Of a DNA stretch of 60,481 nt, positions 28,513 to 39,469 are shown piece after piece. Numbering within the stretch: position 1 is the first letter of the stretch; each line of letters begins with the position of its first letter. This stretch comes from Occultella glacieicola (GTDB taxonomy: Bacteria > Actinomycetota > Actinomycetes > Actinomycetales > Beutenbergiaceae). Where the stretch lies: NCBI RefSeq assembly GCF_004353825.1, contig NZ_SMNA01000017.1, positions 1-60,481 of the forward strand, given 5' to 3'. The position numbers were made by a program, and so were the translations under genes. The notes beneath the pieces were generated by a model. It did not search any database. It was not told the DNA's origin and saw nothing but the letters and a program-made list of their open reading frames with translations.

Positions 28513-29349
28513 ATGGGAATCCGTAAGTACAAGCCGACGACGCCGGGCCGCCGCGGTTCGTCCGTTGCCGACTTCGTCGAGATCACCCGCACGACGCCGG
28601 AGAAGTCGTTGGTCCGTCCGCTCACCAAGAGCGGCGGCCGCAACTCCTCGGGCCGGATCACGGCGCGGCACATCGGCGGTGGCCACAAGCGCGCCTACCG
28701 CGTGATCGACTTCCGTCGTCACGACAAGGACGGCGTGCCCGCGAAGGTCGCGCACATCGAGTACGACCCGAACCGCACCGCGCGTATCGCTCTGCTGCAC
28801 TACGCCGACGGCGAGAAGCGCTACATCCTCGCCCCGGTCCGCCTGAAGCAGGGTGACCGTATCGAGAACGGCGCGGGCGCCGACATCAAGCCGGGCAACA
28901 ACCTCCCGCTGCGCAACATCCCGGTCGGTACCGTCATCCACGCCGTCGAGCTCAAGCCCGGCGGCGGTGCGAAGATCGCCCGGTCGGCCGGCTCCTCGGT
29001 GCAGCTCGTCGCGAAGGACGGCCCGTACGCACAGCTGCGGATGCCCTCCGGTGAGATCCGCAACGTCGACCTCCGCTGCCGCGCCTCCATCGGTGAGGTG
29101 GGCAACGCCGAGCAGTCCAACATCAACTGGGGCAAGGCCGGCCGGATGCGGTGGAAGGGCAAGCGCCCGACCGTCCGTGGTGTCGCCATGAACCCGGTCG
29201 ACCACCCCCACGGTGGTGGTGAAGGCAAGACCTCCGGTGGACGTCACCCGGTCAGCCCCTGGGGCCAGACCGAGGGCCGTACCCGCCGTCCGAACAAGCC
29301 GAGCGACAAGCTCATCGTGCGCCGTCGCCGTACCGGCAAGAAGCGCTGA
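28513..29349 (+). CDS. rplB: 50S ribosomal protein L2
   Basis: [26 protein letters not shown]. Confidence 0.99.
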   Translation: MGIRKYKPTTPGRRGSSVADFVEITRTTPEKSLVRPLTKSGGRNSSGRITARHIGGGHKRAYRVIDFRRHDKDGVPAKVAHIEYDPNRTARIALLHYADGEKRYILAPVRLKQGDRIENGAGADIKPGNNLPLRNIPVGTVIHAVELKPGGGAKIARSAGSSVQLVAKDGPYAQLRMPSGEIRNVDLRCRASIGEVGNAEQSNINWGKAGRMRWKGKRPTVRGVAMNPVDHPHGGGEGKTSGGRHPVSPWGQTEGRTRRPNKPSDKLIVRRRRTGKKR

Positions 29350-29367
29350 TAGGGAGACGACGACGAG

Positions 29368-29649
29368 ATGCCTCGCAGTCTGAAGAAGGGTCCCTTCGTG
29401 GACGGCCACCTGCAGAAGAAGGTGGACGTGCAGAACGAGAAGGGCACGAAGAACGTCATCAAGACCTGGTCCCGTCGGTCGGTCATCACCCCCGACTTCC
29501 TGGGTCACACCTTTGCAGTTCACGACGGTCGCAAGCACGTCCCGGTGTTCGTCACCGAGTCGATGGTCGGCCACAAGCTGGGGGAGTTCGCCCCGACCCG
29601 CACGTTCCGTGGGCACGAGAAGGACGACCGCAAGGCGCGTCGTCGCTGA
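29368..29649 (+). CDS. rpsS: 30S ribosomal protein S19
   Basis: [21 protein letters not shown]. Confidence 0.99.
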   Translation: MPRSLKKGPFVDGHLQKKVDVQNEKGTKNVIKTWSRRSVITPDFLGHTFAVHDGRKHVPVFVTESMVGHKLGEFAPTRTFRGHEKDDRKARRR

Positions 29650-29701
29650 TCTCGCGGCACGCGAACTCACCAAGCACACTCTTTGAGAAGGCAGGACATC
29701 G

Positions 29702-30070
29702 ATGGAAGCCAAGGCGCAGGCGCGGTTCGTGCGCGTCACGCCCCAGAAGGCCCGGCGCGTCGTGGACATCATCCGCGGCAAGCAGGCCGATGAGGCCGTG
29801 GCCGTGCTCCGCTATGCCCCCCAGGCGGCGGCGGAGACCGTGCGCAAGGTAGTGGAGAGCGCGGTCGCCAACGCCCGCGTGAAGGCCGAGCAGGCCTCGG
29901 TCGCCTTCAACGAGGGCGACCTGGTCATCGCGGAGGCGTTCGTGGATGAAGGTCCCACGCTGAAGCGGTTCCGGCCGCGTGCCCAGGGACGGGCCAACCA
30001 GATCCTCAAGCGCACCAGCCACATCACCGTGATCGTGGCTGAGCGACAGACCAAGGGAGGGGCTCGCTGA
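29702..30070 (+). CDS. rplV: 50S ribosomal protein L22
   Basis: [23 protein letters not shown]. Confidence 0.98.
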   Translation: MEAKAQARFVRVTPQKARRVVDIIRGKQADEAVAVLRYAPQAAAETVRKVVESAVANARVKAEQASVAFNEGDLVIAEAFVDEGPTLKRFRPRAQGRANQILKRTSHITVIVAERQTKGGAR

Positions 30071-30879
30071 TGGGCCAGAAGGTCAACCCCACAGGGTTCC
30101 GGCTCGGCATCACCACCGACCACCGGTCCCGCTGGTTCGCTGACTCCACCAAGGAGGGGCAGCGCTACCGCGACTACGTCCGCGAGGACGTCGAGATCCG
30201 CAAGCTGATGGCCACCGGCCTGGAGCGGGCCGGAATCTCCAAGGTGGAGATCGAGCGCACCCGCGACCGGGTCCGCGTCGACCTGCACACCGCCCGCCCG
30301 GGCATCGTCATCGGACGCCGCGGCGCCGAGGCCGACCGCCTGCGCGGTGAGCTCGAGAAGCTCACCGGCAAGCAGGTGCAGCTGAACATCCTCGAGGTGA
30401 AGAACCCCGAGATCGACGCCCAGCTCGTCGCCCAGGGCATCGCCGAGCAGCTCGCCTCGCGGGTCTCCTTCCGTCGTGCGATGCGCAAGGGCATGCAGTC
30501 CGCGCAGCGCGCCGGTGCCAAGGGCATCCGGGTGCAGTGCTCCGGTCGCCTCGGTGGTGCCGAGATGAGCCGGAGCGAGTTCTACCGCGAGGGTCGCGTG
30601 CCGCTGCACACCCTGCGGGCGTACGTGGACTACGGCTTCTTCGAGGCGCGCACCACCTTCGGACGCATCGGCGTCAAGGTGTGGATCTACAAGGGCGACC
30701 AGACCGAGAAGCAGTTCGCTGCCGACCAGGTCAACTCCGGTCCCCGACCGCGTGGTCGTGGCGACCGTGGCGACCGCCCCCGCGGTCGTCGCAACGACGC
30801 CCCTTCGGCGCCCGCCGCCGAAGCCCCCGCAACCACCCCCGCCGCGGCTCCGGCCGGCGGCTCCGAGACGGAGGCCTGA
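30070..30879 (+). CDS. rpsC: 30S ribosomal protein S3
   Basis: [32 protein letters not shown]. Confidence 0.99.
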   Translation: MGQKVNPTGFRLGITTDHRSRWFADSTKEGQRYRDYVREDVEIRKLMATGLERAGISKVEIERTRDRVRVDLHTARPGIVIGRRGAEADRLRGELEKLTGKQVQLNILEVKNPEIDAQLVAQGIAEQLASRVSFRRAMRKGMQSAQRAGAKGIRVQCSGRLGGAEMSRSEFYREGRVPLHTLRAYVDYGFFEARTTFGRIGVKVWIYKGDQTEKQFAADQVNSGPRPRGRGDRGDRPRGRRNDAPSAPAAEAPATTPAAAPAGGSETEA

Positions 30880-30882
30880 GCC

Positions 30883-31302
30883 ATGCTCATCCCCCGGCGC
30901 ACCAAGCACCGCAAGCAGCACCACCCCACCCGGCGTGGCGCGGCCAAGGGCGGAACGAACGTCACGTTCGGCGACTTCGGCATCCAGGCCGTCGAGCCCG
31001 CGTACGTCACGAACCGCCAGATCGAGGCTGCTCGTATCGCCATGACCCGTCACATCAAGCGTGGCGGCAAGGTGTGGATCAACATCTTCCCCGACCGCCC
31101 GCTCACCAAGAAGCCGGCCGAGACCCGCATGGGTTCCGGCAAGGGTTCGCCGGAGTGGTGGGTCGCCAATGTCAAGCCCGGTCGAGTTCTCTTCGAGCTC
31201 GCCGGAGTGAACGAAGAGCTTGCTCGCGAGGCCCTGCGCCGCGCGCAGCACAAGCTCCCGATGAAGACGCGTTTCGTGCGTCGCGAGGGTGGTGACGCGT
31301 GA
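30883..31302 (+). CDS. rplP: 50S ribosomal protein L16
   Basis: [12 protein letters not shown]. Confidence 0.99.
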   Translation: MLIPRRTKHRKQHHPTRRGAAKGGTNVTFGDFGIQAVEPAYVTNRQIEAARIAMTRHIKRGGKVWINIFPDRPLTKKPAETRMGSGKGSPEWWVANVKPGRVLFELAGVNEELAREALRRAQHKLPMKTRFVRREGGDA

Positions 31303-31544
31303 TGGCTATCGGATCCAAGGAACTGGCGCCGTCCGAGCTCGACGGCATGGACAGCGAGCGCCTGGTCGCCGAGCTGAAGAAGGCCAAGCAGGAGCTGTTC
31401 AACCTGCGGTTCTCCTCGGCCACCGGCCAGCTCGAGGACCACGGCCGGCTGAAGACGGTGCGTCGCGACATCGCCCGCATCTACACGATCCTGCGCGAGC
31501 GCGAGCTCGGGATCCGTACCGAGCCCACCGCCGACGCGAAGTGA
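31302..31544 (+). CDS. rpmC: 50S ribosomal protein L29
   Basis: [16 protein letters not shown]. Confidence 0.97.
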   Translation: MAIGSKELAPSELDGMDSERLVAELKKAKQELFNLRFSSATGQLEDHGRLKTVRRDIARIYTILRERELGIRTEPTADAK

Positions 31545-31558
31545 ACGAGGCAACGACA

Positions 31559-31852
31559 ATGAGCACCCCCACCACCCCGGAGACCGGGGCCGACGAGGCC
31601 ACGCGGGCCGACCGCAAGGTCCGCCGCGGTTATGTGGTCAGCGACAAGATGGACAAGACCGTCGTGGTCGAGGTCGAGGACCGGGTCAAGCACCCGCTCT
31701 ACGGCAAGGTCATGCGTCGCACCAACAAGGTCAAGGCCCACGACGAGGCGAACGAGGTCGGCATCGGTGACCTCGTGCTGATCATGGAGACCCGTCCGCT
31801 GTCCGCCAGCAAGCGGTGGCGCGTCGTCGAGATCCTCGAGAAGGCCAAGTAG
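31559..31852 (+). CDS. rpsQ: 30S ribosomal protein S17
   Basis: [31 protein letters not shown]. Confidence 0.98.
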   Translation: MSTPTTPETGADEATRADRKVRRGYVVSDKMDKTVVVEVEDRVKHPLYGKVMRRTNKVKAHDEANEVGIGDLVLIMETRPLSASKRWRVVEILEKAK

Positions 31853-31960
31853 AACCGCCTGAGCCCGGGTGCGCGCATCCGGGCCGGGCACCTGACAACC
31901 ATCCGTTCGGCAAGGCTCGCTCGAGAGCGAGAACCGGCACGACGACAGGAGTAGATCCAC

Positions 31961-32329
31961 ATGATCCAGCAGGAGTCGCGACTCAAGGTCGCCGACAACA
32001 CGGGTGCCAAGGAGATCCTTTGCATCCGCGTTCTCGGCGGTTCCGGTCGTCGCTACGCCGGCATCGGCGATGTCATCGTCGCCAGCGTCAAGGACGCGAT
32101 CCCCGGCGGCAACGTGAAGAAGGGCGACGTCGTCAAGGCGGTCGTGGTTCGTACGGTGAAGGAGCGCCGGCGTCCGGATGGCTCCTACATCCGATTCGAC
32201 GAGAACGCAGCAGTGATCCTCAAGGCCGACGGCGAGCCGCGCGGCACGCGCATCTTCGGCCCCGTGGGCCGCGAGCTGCGTGACAAGAAGTTCATGCGCA
32301 TCGTCTCGCTCGCACCGGAGGTGCTGTAA
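31961..32329 (+). CDS. rplN: 50S ribosomal protein L14
   Basis: [24 protein letters not shown]. Confidence 0.99.
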   Translation: MIQQESRLKVADNTGAKEILCIRVLGGSGRRYAGIGDVIVASVKDAIPGGNVKKGDVVKAVVVRTVKERRRPDGSYIRFDENAAVILKADGEPRGTRIFGPVGRELRDKKFMRIVSLAPEVL

Positions 32330-32331
32330 CC

Positions 32332-32676
32332 ATGGCAAAGGTCAAGAAGGGCGACCTGGTGGTCGTCATCGCGGGCCGCGACAAGGGCCAGCAGGGGCGG
32401 GTCCTCGAGGTCCTGGTCGACTCCGACCGGGTGATCGTCGAGGGTGTGCAGCGCGTGCAGCGCCACACCAAGGTCGCGCAGTCCCAGCGGGGCTCGCGCA
32501 CCGGCGGCATCGAGACCGTCGAGGCCCCGATCCACATCAGCAACGTGATGGTGGTGGACGCCGAGACCAAGAAGGGCACCCGGGTCGGCTACCGCACGGA
32601 AGAGGTCGAACGTGACGGCCGCACCCGCACGCAGCGGGTCCGCGTCGCCAAGCGTTCCGGTAAGGACATCTCATGA
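32332..32676 (+). CDS. rplX: 50S ribosomal protein L24
   Basis: KOW motif [24 protein letters not shown]. Confidence 0.98.
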   Translation: MAKVKKGDLVVVIAGRDKGQQGRVLEVLVDSDRVIVEGVQRVQRHTKVAQSQRGSRTGGIETVEAPIHISNVMVVDAETKKGTRVGYRTEEVERDGRTRTQRVRVAKRSGKDIS

Positions 32677-33257
32677 GCACCGTCACCGAAACGTCGGCGG
32701 ACGCCCCCGTCGCGCTGCCCCGGCTCAAGCAGAAGTACCGCGAGGAGATCATTGCGGGACTTCGCGAGGAGTTCTCGCACGCGAACGTCAACCAGGTGGC
32801 GGGTCTGACCAAGATCGTCGTCAACATGGGCGTCGGGGACGCCGCTCGCGACTCCAAGGTCATCGAGGGCGCCATCCGCGACCTGACCGCGATCACCGGC
32901 CAGAAGCCCCAGACCACCCGGGCCCGCAAGTCGATCGCGCAGTTCAAGTTGCGCGAGGGTCAGCCGATCGGCGCGCACGTGACGCTCCGGGGCGACCGCA
33001 TGTGGGAGTTCCTGGACCGGCTCCTGACGTTCGCGCTGCCGCGGATCCGTGACTTCCGCGGGCTGTCCCCGAAGCAGTTCGACGGGAACGGCAACTACAC
33101 CTTCGGCCTCACGGAGCAGTCGATGTTCCACGAGATCGACGTGGACAAGATCGACCGTGTCCGCGGCATGGACATCACGGTCGTCACGACCGCTACCACG
33201 GACGAGGAGGGTCGTTCGCTGCTGCGTCGACTCGGCTTCCCGTTCCAGGAGGCCTGA
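32673..33257 (+). CDS. rplE: 50S ribosomal protein L5
   Basis: [25 protein letters not shown]. Confidence 0.99.
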   Translation: MSTVTETSADAPVALPRLKQKYREEIIAGLREEFSHANVNQVAGLTKIVVNMGVGDAARDSKVIEGAIRDLTAITGQKPQTTRARKSIAQFKLREGQPIGAHVTLRGDRMWEFLDRLLTFALPRIRDFRGLSPKQFDGNGNYTFGLTEQSMFHEIDVDKIDRVRGMDITVVTTATTDEEGRSLLRRLGFPFQEA

Positions 33258-33263
33258 GCGCAG

Positions 33264-33449
33264 ATGGCGAAGACCGCGCTGATCCAGAAGGCGAACCGCA
33301 AGCCGAAGTTCGGTGTGCGGGCCTACACCCGGTGCAACCGTTGCGGCCGTCCGCACTCGGTGTACCGCAAGTTCGGCCTGTGCCGAGTGTGCCTGCGGGA
33401 GATGGCCCTTGCCGGCCAGCTCCCCGGCGTGACCAAGAGCAGCTGGTAA
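33264..33449 (+). CDS. rpsN: 30S ribosomal protein S14, short Zn-binding (type Z) form
   Basis: 61 aa with CNRC and CRVC pairs, ending KSSW. Confidence 0.98.
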   Translation: MAKTALIQKANRKPKFGVRAYTRCNRCGRPHSVYRKFGLCRVCLREMALAGQLPGVTKSSW

Positions 33450-33506
33450 AACGACTACGTCGCAGGTCCCGATGAGGAAACCGCGGCGAGGAAGGGCAAC
33501 AGCCCA

Positions 33507-33905
33507 ATGACAATGACAGACCCGATCGCCGACATGTTGACGCGTCTGCGCAACGCGAACTCGGCGTATCACGAGTCGGTTCCGATGCCGTACTCCAAGC
33601 TCAAGTCCCACATCGCGGAGATCCTCCAGGCGGAGGGCTACATCACCGGTTGGTCCGTCGAGGACGCCGAGGTGGGCAAGACCCTGAACCTCTCGCTGAA
33701 GTTCGGCCCGAACCGTGAGCGCTCGCTCGCGGGGGTGCGTCGTGTCTCGAAGCCGGGGCTCCGGGTCTACGCGAAGTCGACCAACCTGCCGAAGGTGCTC
33801 GGCGGCCTGGGCGTGGCGATCCTGTCCACCTCCTCGGGCCTGCTCACCGACCGTCAGGCGGCCAAGAAGGGCGTGGGTGGGGAAGTCCTCGCCTACGTCT
33901 GGTGA
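33507..33905 (+). CDS. rpsH: 30S ribosomal protein S8
   Basis: [30 protein letters not shown]. Confidence 0.99.
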   Translation: MTMTDPIADMLTRLRNANSAYHESVPMPYSKLKSHIAEILQAEGYITGWSVEDAEVGKTLNLSLKFGPNRERSLAGVRRVSKPGLRVYAKSTNLPKVLGGLGVAILSTSSGLLTDRQAAKKGVGGEVLAYVW

Positions 33906-33929
33906 CCAGGGAATCAGGAGGAGAACCCC

Positions 33930-34469
33930 ATGTCTCGAATCGGTAAGGTTCCGGTCACCGTTCCCAGCGGCGTCGATGTCAACATCGACGGCGCCGAGGT
34001 CACGGTCAAGGGTCCCAAGGGCACCCTTGCACACACCATCCCCGCGCCCATCACCGTCGCCCGCGACGACGACGGCGCGCTCGTGGTCAGCCGCCCGAAC
34101 GACGAGCGCGAGTCGCGTTCGCTGCACGGCCTGACCCGCACCCTGCTCGCCAACCTGGTGCAGGGCGTCACGCAGGGCTATGAGAAGAAGCTCGAGATCG
34201 TCGGTACCGGGTACCGCGTGGTCGCCAAGGGTTCCACCCTGGAGTTCGCGCTCGGCTTCTCCCACCCGGTCTCCGTGACCGCCCCGGAGGGCATCACCTT
34301 CGCCGTCGAGTCCCCGACCAAGTTCTCGGTCGCGGGCATCGACAAGCAGCAGGTCGGCGAGGTCGCCGCGAACATTCGGAAGATCCGCAAGCCCGAGCCC
34401 TACAAGGGCAAGGGCGTGCGGTACGCGGGCGAGCAGGTCCGCCGCAAGGTCGGAAAGGCTGGTAAGTAG
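33930..34469 (+). CDS. rplF: 50S ribosomal protein L6
   Basis: [17 protein letters not shown]. Confidence 0.99.
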   Translation: MSRIGKVPVTVPSGVDVNIDGAEVTVKGPKGTLAHTIPAPITVARDDDGALVVSRPNDERESRSLHGLTRTLLANLVQGVTQGYEKKLEIVGTGYRVVAKGSTLEFALGFSHPVSVTAPEGITFAVESPTKFSVAGIDKQQVGEVAANIRKIRKPEPYKGKGVRYAGEQVRRKVGKAGK

Positions 34470-34471
34470 CC

Positions 34472-34843
34472 ATGGCTCTGTCCATCAAGGGAACGGGCAA
34501 GCGCGTCGCCCGGTCGCGGCGTCACCTCCGGGTGCGCAAGCGCGTCACCGGCACTCCCGAGCGTCCCCGCCTGGTCGTGAACCGATCGGCTCGCCACATG
34601 GTGGCGCAGCTGGTCGACGACACCACCGGCACGACGCTGGTGTCCGCCTCGACGCTCGAGGCAGACCTGCGCAGCGGCGACGGTGCGAAGACCGACAAGG
34701 CTCGCCAGGTCGGCGAGCTCGTCGCCGAGCGTGCGAAGGCCAAGGGCGTCGACGCCGTCGTGTTCGATCGTGGCGGCAACAAGTACCACGGACGGGTCGC
34801 AGCGGTCGCCGAGGGCGCCCGCGAGGGGGGACTGTCCCTGTGA
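34472..34843 (+). CDS. rplR: 50S ribosomal protein L18
   Basis: [22 protein letters not shown]. Confidence 0.98.
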   Translation: MALSIKGTGKRVARSRRHLRVRKRVTGTPERPRLVVNRSARHMVAQLVDDTTGTTLVSASTLEADLRSGDGAKTDKARQVGELVAERAKAKGVDAVVFDRGGNKYHGRVAAVAEGAREGGLSL

Positions 34844-34877
34844 CCACGGCCCAGCATTCCGACAAGCAAAGGATCGC

Positions 34878-35573
34878 ATGATGGCTGCTCCACAGCGCAG
34901 CAGGACCGGCGGGACCGCCGGCACCGCCGGTGGCGGCACCGGCGAGCGTTCGAACGAGCGCTCCAACGATCGCCGCGACCGCCGCGGCGGGGACAACCGT
35001 CGCGGGAACGACGCCGACAAGAACGCCTACGTCGAGCGCGTCGTGACCATCAACCGCGTCTCGAAGGTCGTCAAGGGCGGGCGGCGGTTCAGCTTCACCG
35101 CCCTGGTCGTCGTCGGCGACGGTGAAGGCACCGTGGGCGTCGGCTACGGCAAGGCCAAGGAGGTGCCCGCGGCGATCGCCAAGGGTGTCGAGGAGGCCAA
35201 GAAGAACTTCTTCAAGGTTCCGATGATCCAGCGCACCATCCCGCACCAGGTGCAGGGTGAGGCGGCGGCCGGCGTGGTGTTCCTGCGCCCGGCGTCGCCG
35301 GGTACCGGGGTCATCGCCGGCGGTCCGGTCCGCGCCGTCCTGGACTGCGCCGGGATCCACGACGTGTTGTCCAAGTCGCTCGGGTCCGAGAACGCGATCA
35401 ACATCGTGCACGCCACGGTGGCCGCGCTCCAGGGTCTCGAGCAGCCCGAGGCCGTCGCCGCCCGGCGCGGACTCCCGCTCGAGGACGTCGCCCCGGCGGC
35501 GTTGCTGCGGGCGCAGGCCGCCGGACGCAGCGAGGCCGCTGAGGCTTCGACCTCCGGGGCGGTGGCATCATGA
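34878..35573 (+). CDS. rpsE: 30S ribosomal protein S5
   Basis: [32 protein letters not shown]. Confidence 0.98.
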   Translation: MMAAPQRSRTGGTAGTAGGGTGERSNERSNDRRDRRGGDNRRGNDADKNAYVERVVTINRVSKVVKGGRRFSFTALVVVGDGEGTVGVGYGKAKEVPAAIAKGVEEAKKNFFKVPMIQRTIPHQVQGEAAAGVVFLRPASPGTGVIAGGPVRAVLDCAGIHDVLSKSLGSENAINIVHATVAALQGLEQPEAVAARRGLPLEDVAPAALLRAQAAGRSEAAEASTSGAVAS

Positions 35574-35752
35574 CGCAGCTCAAGGTCACCCAGAAGAAGT
35601 CCGTCATCGGCGGCAAGCAGAACCAGCGCGACACGCTGCGCTCGCTCGGTCTGAAGCGCATTGGCGACACCGTCGTCAAGGAGGACCGTCCCGAGATCCG
35701 CGGCATGGTCACCACGGTGGCGCACCTGATCACCGTCGAGGAGGTCGACTGA
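35570..35752 (+). CDS. rpmD: 50S ribosomal protein L30
   Basis: [22 protein letters not shown]. Confidence 0.97.
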   Translation: MTQLKVTQKKSVIGGKQNQRDTLRSLGLKRIGDTVVKEDRPEIRGMVTTVAHLITVEEVD

Positions 35753-35753
35753 C

Positions 35754-36287
35754 ATGGCTGAGAAGGCTGTGAAGGCGGAGAACAAGGCCGACAAGGCCGT
35801 GGCGGAGAAGTCCGCGAAGTCGGAGGCGGCCACCGAGTCGCGTCCGGGCACCCTCAAGGTGCACCACCTGCGTCCCGCCCCGGGTGCCAGGACCGCGAAG
35901 ACCCGTGTGGGTCGCGGTGAGGGATCCAAGGGCAAGACCGCCGGTCGCGGCACCAAGGGCACGAAGGCGCGTTACCAGGTGCCGGCGCGGTTCGAAGGTG
36001 GTCAGACGCCGCTGCACATGCGGCTGCCGAAGCTGCGCGGGTTCCGGAACCCGTTCCGTACCGAGTACCAGGTGGTGAACCTGGACAAGTTGTCGGCGCT
36101 CTACCCCGAGGGTGGCGCGGTCAGCGTGTCCGACCTGGTCGCGAAGGGTGCCGTGCGTGACGGCCACCCGGTCAAGGTGCTCGGCACCGGCGAGGTCAGC
36201 GTGAAGCTGGACGTCACCGCGCACGCGTACTCCGCGTCCGCGAAGGACAAGATCGTCGCAGCAGGCGGAAGCATCGAGCAGGCCTGA
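35754..36287 (+). CDS. rplO: 50S ribosomal protein L15
   Basis: [27 protein letters not shown]. Confidence 0.98.
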   Translation: MAEKAVKAENKADKAVAEKSAKSEAATESRPGTLKVHHLRPAPGARTAKTRVGRGEGSKGKTAGRGTKGTKARYQVPARFEGGQTPLHMRLPKLRGFRNPFRTEYQVVNLDKLSALYPEGGAVSVSDLVAKGAVRDGHPVKVLGTGEVSVKLDVTAHAYSASAKDKIVAAGGSIEQA

Positions 36288-36299
36288 GGCACCCAAGGT

Positions 36300-36340
36300 G
36301 TACGGCGGCGCAGGAAACAATGGTTCCTGCGCCGCCGTAC
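36300..36340 (+). terminator. 17-bp hairpin between rplO and secY
   Basis: GTACGGCGGCGCAGGAA-7nt-TTCCTGCGCCGCCGTAC. Confidence 0.65.
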
Positions 36341-36441
36341 GCCGTTACCGGCCCGACGACCGTTAAGGTCGGACGGTACCCATCGGGCGAACCGGTGTGC
36401 GCGAGATGCGCACCGACCCGTTGACCCAAGCAGGAGGACCT

Positions 36442-37743
36442 TTGCTCGGCGCATTCGCTCGCGCGTTCCGGACCCCGGACCTGCGGAAGAAGTTGCTCTT
36501 CACGCTGGCCATGATGGCCCTGTTCCGGCTCGGTTCGTTCGTCCCCACGCCCGGCGTCGACTACGTCAACGTCCAGCAGTGCATCGGCACCGCAGGCGAT
36601 GGCCAGGACGTCCTCGGCCTGGTCAACCTCTTCAGTGGTGGCGCACTGCTCCAGCTGTCGGTGTTCGCCCTCGGGATCATGCCGTATATCACCGCGAGCA
36701 TCATCATCCAGCTCCTGCGGGTGGTCATCCCACGGTTCGAGGCCCTGCACAAGGAGGGCCAGTCCGGCACCGCGGTGCTGACCCAGTACACCCGCTACCT
36801 GACCATCTTCCTGGCAGTCCTCCAGGCGACCACGATCATCACGGTCGCCCGGACCGGCAACCTGTTCCCGGACTGCGGGGTCCCGATCATCCCGAACGAC
36901 TCGGCCGTCACGATGATCCTGATGATCGTCACGATGACCGCCGGGACCGGCCTGATCATGTGGATGGGTGAGCTCATCACCGAGCGCGGTGTCGGCAACG
37001 GGATGTCGCTGCTGATCTTCACCTCGATCGCGGCGTCGTTCCCGAGCGCGATGTGGCAGATCGCCACCTCGGACAACGGGATCGTCAACTTCACGATCTT
37101 CCTCGTCATCGCGATCCTGGTCGTCGGCCTGATCGTCTTCGTCGAGCAGTCCCAGCGCCGGATCCCGGTGCAGTACGCGAAGCGCATGGTCGGCCGACGC
37201 ATGTACGGGGGCTCGAGCACGTACATCCCGATCAAGATCAACATGTCCGGTGTGATCCCGGTGATCTTCGCCTCATCCCTTCTCGCGCTCCCGACCCTCG
37301 CGGCGCAGTTCGTCGAGGACCAGACCACCCCATGGGTGCAGTGGGTCGCGGTGAACCTCATGGACCCCGGCGCGAACATCCACATCGCGATCTACATCGT
37401 GCTGATCATCTTCTTCGCGTACTTCTACACCTCGATCACGTTCAACCCGGACGAGGTCGCGGACAACATGAAGCGCTACGGCGGGTTCATCCCGGGCATC
37501 CGCGCCGGCCGGCCCACCGCTGAGTACCTGCAGTTCGTCATCTCGAGGATCACCGCCGCCGGCGCGATCTACCTCGCCCTGGTCGCGCTGATCCCGACGA
37601 TCGCGTTCAAGCTCATGAACATCAGCACCCAGATCCCCTTCGGTGGCGTCTCCCTGCTGATCGTCGTGGGTGTCGGTCTGGAGACCGTCAAGCAGATCGA
37701 CGCGCAGCTCCAGCAGCGCCACTACGAAGGGTTCCTCCGATGA
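36442..37743 (+). CDS. secY: Preprotein translocase subunit SecY
   Basis: FALGIMPYITASII, GVGNGMSL, FIPGIRAG; TTG after AGGAGG. Confidence 0.99.
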   Translation: MLGAFARAFRTPDLRKKLLFTLAMMALFRLGSFVPTPGVDYVNVQQCIGTAGDGQDVLGLVNLFSGGALLQLSVFALGIMPYITASIIIQLLRVVIPRFEALHKEGQSGTAVLTQYTRYLTIFLAVLQATTIITVARTGNLFPDCGVPIIPNDSAVTMILMIVTMTAGTGLIMWMGELITERGVGNGMSLLIFTSIAASFPSAMWQIATSDNGIVNFTIFLVIAILVVGLIVFVEQSQRRIPVQYAKRMVGRRMYGGSSTYIPIKINMSGVIPVIFASSLLALPTLAAQFVEDQTTPWVQWVAVNLMDPGANIHIAIYIVLIIFFAYFYTSITFNPDEVADNMKRYGGFIPGIRAGRPTAEYLQFVISRITAAGAIYLALVALIPTIAFKLMNISTQIPFGGVSLLIVVGVGLETVKQIDAQLQQRHYEGFLR

Positions 37744-38309
37744 CTCGACTCGTCCTCCTCGGTCCGCCCGGAGCCGGCAAGGGCACCCAGGCCGCGCGCG
37801 TCGCCGAGCGCCTCGGCGTGCCGGCCATCTCCACCGGTGACATCTTCCGTGCCAACGTTGCCGAGGGCACCGACCTCGGCAAGCTGGCCCAGCGGTACAT
37901 GGACTCGGGCGAGTACGTCCCGGACGAGGTGACCAACGAGATGGTCGCCGACCGCCTGACCCAGCCGGACGCCGTCGGCGGCTTCCTGCTCGACGGTTAT
38001 CCGCGCACCGAGGCCCAGGTGCGCGAGCTGGACGACATGCTGGCCGGTGCCGGCACCGCGCTGACCCGCGTCGTGGAACTGACGGCGGACCCCGAGGAGG
38101 TCGTAGCCAGGCTGTTGAACCGGGCCCAGGAGCAGGGCCGCGCCGACGACACCGAGGACGTCATTCGACGCCGTCTTGAGGTGTACGCCGAGCAGACCGC
38201 ACCGCTGGTCTCGCTCTACTCCGAGCGCGGGCTGCTGGTCCGCGTGGACGGCATGGGCGATGTCGTCGAGGTCACCCAGCGTCTGCTGGCCGCGCTCGAC
38301 GCCGACTGA
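37740..38309 (+). CDS. adk: Adenylate kinase (short form)
   Basis: GPPGAGKGTQ, ISTGDIFR, LLDGYPR. Confidence 0.98.
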   Translation: MTRLVLLGPPGAGKGTQAARVAERLGVPAISTGDIFRANVAEGTDLGKLAQRYMDSGEYVPDEVTNEMVADRLTQPDAVGGFLLDGYPRTEAQVRELDDMLAGAGTALTRVVELTADPEEVVARLLNRAQEQGRADDTEDVIRRRLEVYAEQTAPLVSLYSERGLLVRVDGMGDVVEVTQRLLAALDAD

Positions 38310-38317
38310 GCCGCGTC

Positions 38318-39136
38318 GTGTTCGGCCGCGACCGGATCGAGTACAAGACCCCCGATCAGATGCGCATCATGCGCCGAGCGGGGCTCGTGGTCGCGGACCT
38401 GCTCGACGCGGTACGGGAGCGGATCCGGCCCGGGGTGACCACGGGCGAGCTCGACGAGGTGGCCGCCCGGGTGATCGCCGACGCCGGCGCCACCTCGAAC
38501 TTCCTGCACTACCACGGCTTCCCGGCCCGGATCTGTGTGTCGGTCAACTCCGAGGTGGTGCACGGCATCCCGGGGGAGCGGGTGATCGAGCCCGGTGACG
38601 TGGTCGCGGTCGATGGCGGCGCCATCGTGGACGGATGGCATGGTGACTCGGCGTTCTCGGTCGTGGTGCCGGACGCCGATCCCGCGGACCTCGACCTCGT
38701 GCGGGTCACGGAGGAGTCGATGTGGGCGGGGATCGCGGCACTCGCCACGGCGGAGCGCCTCGGTCAGGTGGGCGAGGCCATCGACGACGTCGTCACCGCC
38801 GCCGGTGGGCTGGGGATCGTCGCCGAGTACGTCGGCCACGGGATCGGTTCGGCCATGCACCAGCCGCCGGACGTGCTCAACTATCGCTCCGGCCACCGCG
38901 GACCTCGGGTCCGCGCCGGCATGTGCCTCGCCGTCGAGCCGATGCTCGTGCGGGGTGAGCCGGCGACGGCGGTCCTCGCCGACGACTGGACGGTGGTCAC
39001 CGTGGATGGTTCCCGTGCCGCCCACTTCGAGCACACGGTCGCGGTCCACCCGGGTGGAATCTGGGTTCTGACGGCCCGGGACGGGGGCGTGGAGGGCCTC
39101 GCCCGGCACGGGGTGAGGGTGGCTCCGCTCGGCTGA
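38318..39136 (+). CDS. map: Methionine aminopeptidase type I
   Basis: VVHGIP, GWHGDSA, GHGIG, EPM, AHFEHT. Confidence 0.97.
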   Translation: MFGRDRIEYKTPDQMRIMRRAGLVVADLLDAVRERIRPGVTTGELDEVAARVIADAGATSNFLHYHGFPARICVSVNSEVVHGIPGERVIEPGDVVAVDGGAIVDGWHGDSAFSVVVPDADPADLDLVRVTEESMWAGIAALATAERLGQVGEAIDDVVTAAGGLGIVAEYVGHGIGSAMHQPPDVLNYRSGHRGPRVRAGMCLAVEPMLVRGEPATAVLADDWTVVTVDGSRAAHFEHTVAVHPGGIWVLTARDGGVEGLARHGVRVAPLG

Positions 39137-39191
39137 TCGAGCGTTCCGAGCACGCCCGTTCGGCCTGCCACATGCTTGGAACGATCAACTC

Positions 39192-39271
39192 CCACCCCGT
39201 CGTGGGACGCCTCACCCTCGCCTCACCCGCCACGTGAATCTGGTTCACCCACGGCCACCTCGCAATCATCC
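39192..39271 (+). promoter_or_regulatory. Array of helically phased TCACCC-like direct repeats
   Basis: CCACCC 39192, TCACCC 39212/39223/39245, CCACCT 39255, TCATCC 39266; spacings 20,11,22,10,11. Confidence 0.55.
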
Positions 39272-39469
39272 CTCGAACTCCTTACCGCGCCCGAACCCAG
39301 GTGGTTGAGTTCCACACAGCCGGGGATGTCAGAGGCGGCCGATCCCGCCCCTCGCTTCGCGGGAAGCCACCAGGTTGACGGAGGACGGGGCAGTGTTGAT
39401 TCGTGTCATCACCGATGCGGCGAGGACGATCTCCTGCGCGCACGGAGCACAGGACGACGAGGTAGACCG

